IMG/VR virus record: IMGVR_UViG_2895767234_000001
Coordinates: 7,555 to 71,554 of that record
Source: a virus
Lineage: Duplodnaviria; Caudoviricetes
Strand: one strand, 5' to 3'
DNA: 64,000 bases
Shown: one piece after another, positions 8,784 through 20,101 of the stretch
Numbering within the stretch: position 1 is the stretch's first letter
Layout of the letters: the number at the start of each line of letters is the position of its first letter
Program-made: the position numbers and the translations under genes
The notes under the pieces: generated by a model
Databases searched by the model: none
What the model saw: the letters and a program-made list of their open reading frames with translations, nothing else
Told to the model about the DNA's origin: nothing

Positions 8784-9608
8784 TCAGCTCGCGCCGCCGC
8801 CTGGGGCCGCCCCGAGCACTCCAGGCCACTCGGTCACCGCGCCCTGTGCATTTCGGTACCGCAGGGTGGCCGCCTCAGCGCCGTTGTCAACAATTTCAAA
8901 GCCGATCAGGCTGGGGGTTGGGGTAAGCACCACGGGGAACATGTCGCTGAACACGGTTCCGTAGACGCTGCGCTGGTACACCACGCCGGAAATTTCGACG
9001 TACTTGCCGCCAATGGGCTGATCATTCACGTCGTGCAGGGTCGTGGTCAGCCCATTCGCCGTGGCGACCGCGTCCTCAGCTGGTGCCGTGGAAGCCATGA
9101 CCGGCAGCGTCGCAATGATCCCGGGATCGTCCCCTCCTGTAAAGTCGATGGTTAACTCCCCGCCCGGCTTGATGACGACGGGCCGGGGAAAGCCCAGAAT
9201 CAGCCGGCTTCCATCAAAATTGCTGGTCATCTGCCCACTGTGCGTGTTCAGGGTGTAATGGGTAAACGAGGGATACCTTCCCTCCCCTTCAGATCTGTTC
9301 ATATTGGTATCGAGATACCTGATCTGCACGCCCTGGGGAGCGGATTCGGGATTGTAGATGTGGATTTCCTGCAGCACGTAAGGCAGTGTCCTGTCGGCTG
9401 CCAGAGCAATCGTGATCTGCCGGATCGGCACAAAGGCCAGGGTCTCCACTCCAATATTCGAGAGGGTGACATACCCGCCCGGGTCGTCGGCGTGGAAGGA
9501 CTTGAGAACGGCCACCCCGGCAGAGGCGGCGGCATTCCCCCCGCCCTCCAGTGAAGAGACCCTGTTGGTCAGATTGTTGAATTGGGCGATGCTGGGCCAG
9601 GTTGCCAT
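8784..9608 (-). CDS. Putative receptor-binding/tail fibre protein A (274 aa)
   Basis: Start MATWPSIAQF with GGAGG RBS; beta-rich; visibly lower GC than its flanks. Confidence 0.65.
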   Translation of the reverse strand: MATWPSIAQFNNLTNRVSSLEGGGNAAASAGVAVLKSFHADDPGGYVTLSNIGVETLAFVPIRQITIALAADRTLPYVLQEIHIYNPESAPQGVQIRYLDTNMNRSEGEGRYPSFTHYTLNTHSGQMTSNFDGSRLILGFPRPVVIKPGGELTIDFTGGDDPGIIATLPVMASTAPAEDAVATANGLTTTLHDVNDQPIGGKYVEISGVVYQRSVYGTVFSDMFPVVLTPTPSLIGFEIVDNGAEAATLRYRNAQGAVTEWPGVLGAAPGGGAS

Positions 9609-9672
9609 GATGAACCCTCCTAGGTTGTTTCCTCCCGATAGACAGACGGGGAGGCTGAGGTGTCGTTGCCGC

Positions 9673-11256
9673 TCAGCTGGATGCGGCTGGTTGAACCGCC
9701 GACCACCAGGCCGCCACGTGGAAGTACCAGCGGCCTCCCCAACTGGCACTGGGTGGTTTCTCGTCTTCGGGCGGTGGCTCCGGGTCGTAGCTCTGGCGCC
9801 ACTTCTCGTCCATGGCCCGCGCCAGCGCGGCGCTCAGCGGCGAACGGAAGTAACTCTCCGGAATGGTCACGCTCCCGGTCTGCCAGGGTTGCCCCGCGCT
9901 GGCCTGCGTGAGTTCCATCAGGGCGCTCTGTCCGACCAGCAGCGTGTTCGGGCTGGCGAAGGGGTGGGCGAGGCTGCCGCCCTCGACCCCCTCGATCGGC
10001 CCGTCGAGCGGCCGATTGGGGTCGGGGTTGTGTTCGTCCGGTTCGAGGCGCGGCCCCGCCGCGTGGTCGTCCCAGGGTTCGGTGCTGATCCACATGGTCA
10101 GCCCGGTCACGACGCCGTCCCCCAGGTCAAGCCCCACGAACCCGTAGCTGACCAGGGCGCTGAGGGGTTCGTACCCGCTCTGAATGTCGCGGTTGTACCG
10201 CCGGCTGAGCCGCAACTGGTTTTGCGAATCCGCCAGATCGGCGGCCGCCTGCTGCGTCACCGGGTCATCCGGCCCCAGCGCCTCCAGCGCGAGGTCGTAC
10301 GCTCCCTGATTGGTCACGACCTCGCCTTCGAGCTTCGTGATCTCGTCAAAGTCCTGCGCCGCCAGCGCCGACTGCTCGAACCACGTTTGCAGGTCGTACA
10401 CGCTCACCAGGGCGTACTCGGCCGCCCGAACCTCGCTCGTCATCGGCGCGGCCATGTCCCAGGCCACGTCCCGCTGCGTGAAGCCCTCCTCCCCATCCAG
10501 GTCTTGAATCAGTTCGCGCCGCGCGAGGAGTGGCGGCCCCAGGGGCGACACGGTGTTCTTGAACTCGACCTGTCCGGCGTCCAGCGCCTTGCGGGGCGTG
10601 CAGGGCGGCCGGGGAATCCCCAGGTACTCCCCCTTGGCCCAGCCCTTGCCGCCGTCCCAGCGCGACTCGGTCGCGTAGGGGAGCACCACTTCCGGCTGCA
10701 TCTTCCAGTCGAAGAAGTGTGCCCGGCTGACGAAGGCGGGGCTGCCGCTCTCCGGCGTCGCCAGGATGACTTCCCCAGCCCAGTCCACCCCGATACTCGC
10801 GCTGGGATTGGCTTTCAGCACCCGGTCAACCACCGCGCGGTTCGTTTCTGTCCAGGCGTTGGCTTCGGCGCCGTCCACCCCGGCGACGTACCCGATCAGC
10901 GAGCCGTCGAAGTACCCGTCGAGGTTCTTGACCTCGCCCGGCTGGAGTTCCAGCGTCCACTCCTGCGGCGCGTCCGGCTTCGCGGGCGGCAGGCAACCCA
11001 GGCAAACCGGAATCCAGCCGCGTGACCGGCTTTTCACGCTGACCAGCACCTGCTGCTCGAAGGGGCGCGGGATGCTCCCCGGTTTCTTGAGCGTGATGCT
11101 GCCGCTGGTCAAGCAACCGATGCTGTCGAGTTGCACGCGGCAGCTCGACACCGGGCCGGGGGCGCTGCGCCGGTAGACCGTGCCCCCGATGCTCACCTCC
11201 CAGTCGTCAATGTCTTTTCTGGGAAGCCAGAGGCCCTCAAGTTTGTTCCTGTTCAC
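9673..11256 (-). CDS. Tail tip/baseplate hub-like protein (527 aa)
   Basis: Large ORF directly downstream of the tape measure gene; GGAGG RBS. Confidence 0.6.
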   Translation of the reverse strand: MNRNKLEGLWLPRKDIDDWEVSIGGTVYRRSAPGPVSSCRVQLDSIGCLTSGSITLKKPGSIPRPFEQQVLVSVKSRSRGWIPVCLGCLPPAKPDAPQEWTLELQPGEVKNLDGYFDGSLIGYVAGVDGAEANAWTETNRAVVDRVLKANPSASIGVDWAGEVILATPESGSPAFVSRAHFFDWKMQPEVVLPYATESRWDGGKGWAKGEYLGIPRPPCTPRKALDAGQVEFKNTVSPLGPPLLARRELIQDLDGEEGFTQRDVAWDMAAPMTSEVRAAEYALVSVYDLQTWFEQSALAAQDFDEITKLEGEVVTNQGAYDLALEALGPDDPVTQQAAADLADSQNQLRLSRRYNRDIQSGYEPLSALVSYGFVGLDLGDGVVTGLTMWISTEPWDDHAAGPRLEPDEHNPDPNRPLDGPIEGVEGGSLAHPFASPNTLLVGQSALMELTQASAGQPWQTGSVTIPESYFRSPLSAALARAMDEKWRQSYDPEPPPEDEKPPSASWGGRWYFHVAAWWSAVQPAASS

Positions 11257-11320
11257 TCGTTACCTCCTGGGCACCAGGGCGTAAAGGTCTATGGGAATTC
11301 CCATAGACCGACTTGTCCGA

Positions 11321-14300
11321 TCACCTCTTGGAAACTGGGGCGTAGTACTGCCCGCCGCCCAGACTGGGGCCATACCCTTTCGAGGCCTGACCCTGAGCGG
11401 TGGCCTGCATGGTGGTGGCCGCGCCCGCAATCGTGCCGACGTGCTGGCCGAACTGACTGACGAATCCGCCGAATTGACCGACGAACCCGCCGAACTGACT
11501 GACGTGCTGCTGGTAGGCGGCCTCGTGAATACCGAACTGATCGATGGCACTGCTGAACACCGGCACCTGTGTGTTCAGGGCCAGGGTGTTCTCCCGCAGC
11601 GCCGGGACGTGCAGGTTGATCGCGTCGGCATACGCGGGCAACCGCTGGTTGATCACGTCGGCCAGCATGCGCAGGGCATCGAGGCTGATCTTCACTTCCG
11701 GCTTGTCGATCTGACCGGTGACGGTCATGCTCTGCTCGCCGTTCTCGCCCTTGATGCCCCAGGCGTCGCGCAGGGGCTTCAGGGCGGTGTAGATCTTGCG
11801 GGCCATGCCCTCGGCTTTCGCCCCGGCGGTCATCAGACCCTGCACCGCTTTGTCGATCGCGCCCTGGTCACCGCTGGCGAACGCGTCCGTCAGCGCGTCG
11901 ATGGCGGGTTGCAGGAGGCCCTTGATGGCCGCCGTCTCGATGGCCGCCGCGAGCACCGCCTCGAACATGGCTTCCCGGAACTTCTGCCGGAACTGGGTGC
12001 GGAACAGCCCGAAGTTCCCTGCCCGCAGGGCCGCCATCAGGCCGTCTTTGATGCTTCCGGTGATGGAGCCCATCAGGGTGTCCCCGATCTGGCGGTAGGC
12101 TTCCTTGAGCCTGTCCAGCATGTCCAGTTTGGCGTCCAGCACCAGGCCGTCGTACTTGCGGTTGATCTCCAGAAGCCTGCGCTGATCACCCTCGGCGCCG
12201 CGCAGTTCGGCCTGACGCTCGCGTTCCAGACGCCCAAGCGTCAACTTCAGGCTTTCCTCCTGGTACTGCCGCTCGGAGATCAGGCCCTGCCGCCGGCGCC
12301 GTTCCAGTTCCTTCTGGTCGTTGTCGCCCTTCTGACCGGCCAGTTCTGCCTCATAAGCCGCGATTTCGTCCAGGGTTTCCTGCTTGAGTTTGCGCCACGC
12401 CAGGTCGTACTTGCGGTTGATCTCCTGAATTTTCGCGGCATTGCCTTTCGCCGCTTCGATTTCCTCCTCGCGCTGGCGGTCGAGCCCTTCACGCGCCAGG
12501 CGCAGCTTCTCCGCCTCGTATTTCTCACGGCTGATCAATCCGTCCCGGTAATCCAGATCGAGCTGGGTCTTGTCGTTCTCGCCTTTGAGGTTGTTCGTTT
12601 CCTTCTGCCCGCTGGGGGAATCCTGTGGGTTCTTGCGGCGAATGTCGTAGAGGCCGAACGTGAGCTTGTGGATGAACTCGGCGATGGCGTCGTACAGCGC
12701 CACAAACACGTTCACGACCAGTTCCAGAATCGGGGCCAGCATCTGGAGGTTCGCGGCGATCAGGCTGCCCAGCACCTGACCGATGAGGCGAAACGGTTCT
12801 TGAAGCGCCTTGACGGGTTCCTCGATGGCCGAGAAGATGCCCTCCATGACCGTGCCGACGATGTTCAGCTTCTCGATGATGGTGGCCAGCAGCGCCATCG
12901 GGTTGGTCAGTTGGCCGAAGCCCTGCGCGACGGTGCTGATGGTGTCGGACAGTTTCTGCCCGCCCCCGTTGAAGCCGATCTGGAAGTCCAGTTTCAGGCT
13001 CTCTTGGGTGACGATGCCGGCCTGCCGGATGCGTTGAATCTCCTGGTACTTCCGCTTGAGTTCCTCCAGCTGGAAGGCCTGGGCCGGATACTTTTTGATC
13101 AGTTCGTCGAGGCTCCTGATCTCGGACTGGTACGAAACCGTGTTCAGGCCCAGCAGGGTATCGTACTGGCGCCGTGCGTCGTTGGCGGCATTGATGCCGT
13201 CACGCGCGTCGTCCAGGGTGGCGATCACCGCCTGCTGACCGCTCACGTAGTTCGTATTGGCCTGGGCCAGGACACCAGTGGCTTTGGTCGTGTCGATGAC
13301 GGCCTGGGTGACTTTGGCCTGCGCAGCTTCCCGCGCCTCGTTGGTGCTCTTGGGGTCGGCATTCACACCGGCGAGGGTGGTTCGCGCTGCCGTCTCGGCG
13401 GCCCGCGCCTCGGTCAGGCCTTTCTGGGCAATGTCGATTTGCCCCCTCCAGTAGTCCCGGTACGCTTGCAGGGCCGTGGTGTAGGCGGCGGTGTCGTCGA
13501 TCCCCTGGGCCTGGGCGAGTTTGTGGTTCGCTTCCGCGAGTTGCAGGCTGGCGTCGACAGCGGCGTCCTGGGCCTTGGCGAGTTCGGATTGGAGGTTTTC
13601 GGAGAATGCCGTACCTGCGTTTTTGCCCGCCTCGGCGGCAATCTGCTGGGTTCGACCGAGTTGCGCCGTGAACAGCGGAAGGTATTGCTGGGCCATCCGC
13701 AGGGCCAACGCCTGCTCGGCATTCAGCTTGCCAGCGGGTTGCTTTCCTAATTCCGCGATGACCGCGTTGGCATCAGCAATTCCTTGCCTCAGCGCAGCAA
13801 TTTCGGAGGCATAGGCTTCGCGCCCCTTGGCCTCGGCATCTGCACGGGTGTCCGGCTTACCAATTTTGTTGGTTCGATCAGCCAGCGTTCCTGTCACGAC
13901 TTCGGGATTCGCGTAGCGCCCATCGTCCCCTTTCGGGAACAGTTTGCCCGCGAGGTCTACCGCCCGCTGCGCGGCGTCCCCATTGGCCTGGGCGACGTTG
14001 TCCAGAGCGTCCTGGATGACTTTGGCCGCCGCCTGACCGGCCACCCCCATGCTCTGGAACGTGGTCAACCAGCCGCGCAGGGTGGCCTCCGCCGCCTGGC
14101 GCTGAACCACCGTCATATCATTCAGGTTTTTCGTGAGGGGCTTGATCAATGCCTGGGCGCGTTCTTCCTGCACCCTGGCGGCCTGATCTTCGGTCTGGTT
14201 GCGAATCGCCAGCACCTTCTGGCCCTTGTCGAATTCGCCCTGCGTGGCGATCTCGGTCAGGCGATCCTGGTGGTCGCGTGCCAGTTGCTCACGGGTCTGC

Positions 14301-17300
14301 TGGTCAGCCGCCGTCCACTGGCTCGACTTTTGCAGGTCATCCCAGCGGCGGTTCTCGGCCTCGCGCTCGCCCTTCATGCGAGCGTTGATCTCATCACGGG
14401 CCAGTTGCTGACGCTGCCCCTGGGTACGGGTCAGCAGGTCGAGCTTGGCCTGTTCGTTGTCGCCCACGGCGCGGAGTTGCTGTTGAAGATCGCTTTCCGA
14501 CTGGGCCACCTTGCGCGCCGCTTCCGACTGGGCGCGCTGGTTCAGGCCGTCGATCAGGTCACGGTTGATTTGCACGATGGCATCAGCCAGCGCTCTTTCG
14601 GCGGCGATACGCTTGTTGGCACCATCCTGGGCGATCTGAACCTGGGTGGCGGCCAGCTGATTGAGCACCGCCATGCGGAACGAAATGAATTCGCTGTCCT
14701 GCGCGGCTTCTTCCAGCGAAATCTTCTTGCGCTCGGCCAGCGCGATCAGTTCAGTGCGCAGTTCGGCGTCAGCGGCACGTCTAGCAATGTTCTGACGGGC
14801 AAGGACGACCTGGTTTCCGAACTCCCGTTCGGCTTGCAGGCGGGCCTGAAGGTCTTCTGTGCCCGTGCTCGTGACGGCCTGCATCCCTGCCAGTTCGCCC
14901 TGGGCGATGGTCGTGTTGTCCCGGCGATCTTCCAGGGCGGCCTGACGGCTCATCCGCTCGGCCACCAGCCGGATGATTTCTTCGGTGGTCTCTTTGGTCT
15001 GGTCAATCAGCAGCTTATCGGCTGCCACCTTGTTCTGGAGTTGGGTGGCATTCCGTTTCTGGCGTACCTGCTCGATCAGGGCGTCGCGTTGCTGTTCCAG
15101 CACGGCAATATCCCCACCATGCTTGCGGGCTTCCTCGATCCGGGCGCGGTAGGTTTCCTGAATTTGCAGAATTTCTTCACGGGCCGCGATCTGGGCCAGT
15201 CGCTGGCGGGCGGCCAGCACCTCGGCGCCCAGTTGTTGCTCGATGCGCAGAAGTTCCCCGGCGTTCCCCTGCGCAGCCGTTTTGCGGGCCTCGTAGTTGT
15301 CCACCACGGCCTGCGCGTCACCCTTCTGAAGAGCCAGACGGCCCTGCTCCAGCGTCACGTCACGCAACTTACGACGACTTTCGATTTCCCCGTTCAGAAC
15401 CTTCAAGCGGTTGCCGGCGTTCTTGATGGCCGCTTCCGATTGGCTCTTGTCAGCAATGACAGCCTTCTCCGCAGCGGCCCGTTTGGAGAGTTCCGCGTCA
15501 GATAGTGCGCCCAGTGCGCCCTTCAGGCTCTCCAGCCCAGCCTTGTATTCCTTGGCCTCCTGAATGGGGAGGCGACCCCGAATCGCTTTGACCAGCGCGT
15601 CGGCGGCGGGGACAGTAGACCAGTAGGCGTCAGCCGCCTTGAGCTGCGCCACGCTCATTTCGTTGACACGATCACGAACCCCCTTGATCTGATCGCGCAA
15701 CTGAAGCATGGACTGGCCGCGTCGCTCCAGTTCAGCCGATTGGCCGAAAATCGCCGTGAAACGGTCTTGCTGGTCTTTGGGAAGCTTCTGCACCTCGGCC
15801 ACGATCCCCGCGACTGCCTGCTGGAAGCGTTGCAGGCTTTCCGGCGTGACCTTGCCCTGCGACCAGGCCAGCCCGAAATTCTGGTTGATGTTCCCGAGCT
15901 GGCGGCCCAGGTCGTTCGCTTTTTTGACAGCAGAGGCGTGTTCATCGGCAGCTTTCTTGGCCGCCCGCGCCAATTCGACTTCACGCTGGTGAATCTCGGC
16001 ATTGACCAGGCGCAGGCGTTGCGTGTCCTTGAGGCGCGTCTGGAGCGCCTTCTCGCTTTGAAGCTGCTGCAAGTTCATTTCGTCGAGCTTGCGTTTGTAG
16101 GCGTCCAGGGCATTGATGTCCTCGACGGTTAACTTGCCTTTCTTTTCCTTTCCAGACGGCAGAGGCGCGTCCGCTTTCCCTGCGTTCGGGGAGTTGAGCC
16201 GTCCCGCTGTACTGACGGTACTGGCCAGGGGCTGGCTCAATTCGTCACGGGTTTTACGGGCATCTTCACGAGCCTTCTGGAGATCGGTGCCGACATTCTG
16301 CCAGACCTTCCGGGCCTGGTCGCCAAACTGACTCATGGCCCCGCGCACATCGCCGTACCCGCTCCTGATGTCCCCCAGGCCCTGTGCAATCAGTTTCGCC
16401 CCGGCAGAGTGCTCCTGCGCCACCTTGCGGGCGGCCTCGGCCTGGGTTCTCAGGGCCGCGTCCTGGGGATCGGTACTGCCGAACAGGCGCTCTTTCAGGT
16501 TGCCGGCCAGCCCGGACACCATTTTGGAAATGCTCTCCCCAATACCGATACCGACGGCCTTCAGGCCCTCGGCAACCGGGGCGATCTTTTCCCCGACCCA
16601 CTTCAGCATCCCGCCAATCACCTGCGCGATGTGCTCCGCGATGCCTACGAAGGCGTCCCGCACCGTCGCCAGGATAGGCAGGATGGGTTTCACCAGCAGG
16701 TCGTAGGCCATCAGGCCAAACCCGGCGAACACCTTGGCCATTCCAGCGAAGATCTGGCCAATACCGCGCCCCGCTTCCCCGAAGGCTTGCGGCAGCAGCC
16801 CGGCCACTTTCCCTACTCCGGTGATGTAAGCGCGTGCCACTTCGGCCCAGTTGCCAATCCTGGACGCCATGTCGCCCAGATTGACCTTCACGCCCTGGCT
16901 GCCTCTGGCGAAGCCGCTGACCAGCCCCCCACGAACCCCGCAATACCACTGATGGCCCCGCGCACCACGTTCAGCACCACGCCCAGGGCCGTCACAACCG
17001 CCGTCTGAATGACCAGCCAGATCTGCCACAGCGCAGTCAACACTGGCTTCAGGACGCTATTCCAGGCGACCGCGATGACGTTAAAGGCGTCTTTGATAAA
17101 TCCCGCCAGTGGTGCGACGGCAGTTTGCACGGTGTCGCGCCACAACAGGAAGGATGCTGGAACTCCACGCCCGGTCTGAATGATGTCCGTAAGATTGCGA
17201 ACCACCGAGGTCGTGAAGTCGATGATGTTCTTCTTGGCTTCCAGGAAGGGGGTGCCCACCACCGTCAGCAGCACTTTCCACGAGGCAGAGAGCTGCTCCT

Positions 17301-19296
17301 GGCTGTGACGCGCGTTATTGGTGGCCTTCTGGTAAGCCACGTCCGTCGTGTTCGTGGCGTTCTCGACTTTGCCGAGGATGTCCGTGTAGGACTTCATTCC
17401 GCCAGAGCCGAGGGCCATCACGGCAGTCAGACCCCCGACGTCACCAATCAATCGGGCCAGAACGGCGCTATTCCCCTTGCTCTTGGCCATCAGGTCTTGC
17501 ATGAAGGCCGTGAAGCCTTTGGACTTCAGGGCGGCGGCGTCAAATTGCAATCCGATGGCTTTGGCCTGACCTGCCGCCTGTTCGCTGGGTTTGACGATGT
17601 TGGTCAAGGCGGAACGCAGATATTCCACGGCGGTGGCGGGCTTGATGCCCTGTTTGGTCATGGCTGCCAGCGCGGCCAACACCTCATCGAAACTGACGCC
17701 TGCCTGAGCAGCCAGGGGAGTCACCATGCCCAGCGACTGGGCCAATTGGCCGAATTCCATCTTGCCGTCGAGAACGGCCTGGAACAGCTTGTTGCTGGCG
17801 GCATTGGCCTTGTCTGCGCCCAGGCCATAAGCGTTCAGGCTGCTGGTTAAAACATCGGTGGCCGTCTTGGTGTCGGTCGCTCCGGCCACGGCGAGTTTGG
17901 CGCTGGTCTGGAGCAGCCCCAGGGCCTGGGACATGCTCTCGGTGCCCTTCACGCCCGCGCCCAGGATGTCGTACATCCCGTTTTGCAGGTCGGTCTGACT
18001 CTTGCCAAGGTCGGCAGACATTTTCAGGATGCCCTGGCCCACGTCCCCCAGTTGCTGCGGAAACTTGTCGGTCAGGGTGCTGATCTTGCCCATGCCGACC
18101 TGGAATTCCTCGGCCTGGGCAATGGCTTTACTCAGGCCCGTCGCCAGTCCGGCCAGCGCAGTCACGACCGCGCCAATCGCAATTCCGACTGGGCCAGCGG
18201 CAGCAGCAAGGCCGCCAAGACCGCCCGAGAGTTGAGTCACTCCGCTAAACGCAGCGCCCAGGCTGCCGCCCATCTGCGCCGCAAACTGTGGCAGGGACTT
18301 CAGGGCGTTGACGATCCCACCGGAAAACCCGACCGGCGAGAACAACCCGTTGATGGCATTTCTCTGGCTCGCCAGTTGCTGGGTGAGGCCGTTCAGGCCG
18401 CGAAGGTCAGCCTGAGTGATGCCTGCCTGGGCACCAACGCTACGGATACGGGCCTGAAGCTGCGCCAGTTGAGCTTCGTAAGCCTGTGTGGCCTGCCTTT
18501 GCCCCGTGAAATTAAATCGACCTGCTGCGCCGATGGCCTGCTCAAAAGCTGTGCGTGCGCCAGCAAGGTCACCTCTCAATTTGGTGATGCTGTTCTTGTT
18601 GATCTCAGCGTTGACGCTGGCGAGGGCAGCGGTCAACTGTGCGGCGTGACGGCTCTCCTGCTGGGTCAGGACGCCCAGCGATTGAAGGGCGGCAATGTCA
18701 CCCCTCAGCGTTGTTTGCAAGCGGGCCAGCGCGCCCTCAAAGCCCTGAAGATCAATGGAGCCCGCTTTCAGGTCGTTCCGCAGGCCCTGCAAGGGATTGG
18801 GCGGGCCCCCACCTCCGCCGCCCTGACCGGGCAGGTTCGGGTTCTGCTGCGTCGGAATCTTGCTGTGAATGGCGCGCAGGTCAGCGACCTGCGTTTTCAG
18901 ATCGGCAATCACGCGTTCAACGGCGCTGGTGTCGATCTTTAGCACATCCTGCGTCGTGGAACGGAGTTCGGCCAGCTTGGCTTTGATTTCGGCCACGCGC
19001 TGGGCCACGTCGCCTTTCACATCGAGGTTCACCCCCACAGTCACCGTTTTGCTGTCCTGAAGTTTTTGCAGGGCCGTATCCACCTGCTTCTGGTTGACGG
19101 GCTTCAGGGTCACGGCCACCTGAGCCTGCACGGCCTGAATTTGCCGCTTCAGTTCGGCCTGGAAGCCGGTGAAGGTGGGGGTGACTTTCAGGCCCTCCAA
19201 CTGCTTGCGGGCGATCTGGGCCACCTGTTGAACAGCTTGAAGGGCCTGGGCATGGTCGCCGGTGATGATGAAACGGGCGGTTCCGACTGTGGTCAT
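11321..19296 (-). CDS. Tail tape measure protein (TP901-type core), about 2658 aa, split by a 1-nt frameshift at the G6 run 16925-16930
   Basis: ORF 16888..19296 has a TP901-like core (FQVGMGKISTL...DILGAG...ATDVLTSSLNAYG). ORF 11321..17029 is a long Ala/Gln-rich coiled coil. Adding one G joins them as FVGGLVSGFARG. Confidence 0.9.
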
Positions 19297-19310
19297 GATT
19301 CACCTCTTAC

Positions 19311-19349
19311 TGATGACATATTGACATTATGATGACAATATGTCATCAT
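19311..19349 (+). promoter_or_regulatory. higBA promoter with two palindromic operators
   Basis: TTGACA(19321)-17nt-CATCAT-6nt-ATG(19356). Perfect IR ATGATGACA-ATA-TGTCATCAT (19329-19349) and an imperfect copy at 19311-19329. Confidence 0.75.
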
Positions 19350-19355
19350 GTATGC

Positions 19356-19643
19356 ATGCCGATGAACGTGATCGCCTGGAAGAAACTCAAGACGTTCGCG
19401 GACAGGTATCCCGATGCTCTAGAACCCCTCGACCACTGGTACAAACTGGCTCGCAAAGCCAACTACACAAGCTTCGCTGACGTGAAAGAGGACTTTGGAA
19501 GCGCGGACTGGGTGGGCGGCTACATCGTCTTTAACATTGGTGGCAATAAGTACCGCCTGATCGTGTTCCCTAATTTCGAGGGCAAGCGCCTCCTGGTCGA
19601 AGCCATCTTCACGCATAAGGAGTACGACGCATGGAAACCCTGA
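19356..19643 (+). CDS. higB: HigB-family mRNA interferase toxin
   Basis: MNVIAWKKL...LDHWY...VKEDFGSADWVGGYIVFNIGGNKYRLIV...IFTHKEYD signature. Confidence 0.92.
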   Translation: MPMNVIAWKKLKTFADRYPDALEPLDHWYKLARKANYTSFADVKEDFGSADWVGGYIVFNIGGNKYRLIVFPNFEGKRLLVEAIFTHKEYDAWKP

Positions 19644-20053
19644 ATATCAATCACCTCACCCAGGCCGCACAAACCATGCATGGCCTCGCCCCCGAACTGT
19701 TCACCCCCATCACCACCGAAGCGGAAAACGACCGCGCGCTGGAGGTACTGCGCCTGCTCATGCATGAGATCGGTGAACAGAAGAGTCATCCCCTGGAACA
19801 CTTCGTCCTCTCTCTCACCGAACGCATTCAAGCCTTTGAGGATACGTTTTATCCGAAGCTCCCCAATGACCCAGCGGCGAATCTCCGCTTTGCAATGGAG
19901 CAGCGCAACCTTTCACAACGCGGCCTCGCGGAAGCCACGGGCATCGAGCAGGCCACCATTAGCCGCCTGTGCTCAGGCAAACGTGAATTCAACGCCGACC
20001 ACATCAAGCGCCTGGCGGCCTACTTCAAAAAAGACCCCAGTCTGTTCCTCTGA
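19631..20053 (+). CDS. higA: HigA antitoxin (XRE HTH)
   Basis: ITTEAENDRAL...IQAFED...LRFAMEQRNLSQRGLAEATG...GKREFNADHIKRLAAYF; overlaps higB. Confidence 0.9.
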   Translation: METLNINHLTQAAQTMHGLAPELFTPITTEAENDRALEVLRLLMHEIGEQKSHPLEHFVLSLTERIQAFEDTFYPKLPNDPAANLRFAMEQRNLSQRGLAEATGIEQATISRLCSGKREFNADHIKRLAAYFKKDPSLFL

Positions 20054-20101
20054 GCAGCCAGCAAACAGGAACGCCAGGGTTACGAGGAGCCCAACGCATG
20101 A
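20054..20101 (+). pseudogene. 3' remnant of a BrnT-like toxin gene
   Basis: Translates AASKQERQGYEEPNA*, like the BrnT C-terminus (A(T/S)xxERxxYE); ATGA overlap with the downstream antitoxin. Confidence 0.5.

Noticed and set aside
436-9608. Diversity-generating retroelement or invertible fibre cassette
   Set aside because: No reverse transcriptase in the window, no near-identical TR/VR pair differing at adenines, and no inverted fibre segments. Shared N-termini are short and diverged.
11260-11550. 96-aa Ser-rich ORF after TMP
   Set aside because: Alternative frame of repetitive TMP 3' codons; low complexity and no RBS.
11291-15505. Long plus-strand ORFs (819 aa, 573 aa) in the ORF track
   Set aside because: They are shadow frames antisense to the tape measure gene, expected in high-GC DNA, with no RBS or recognisable motifs.
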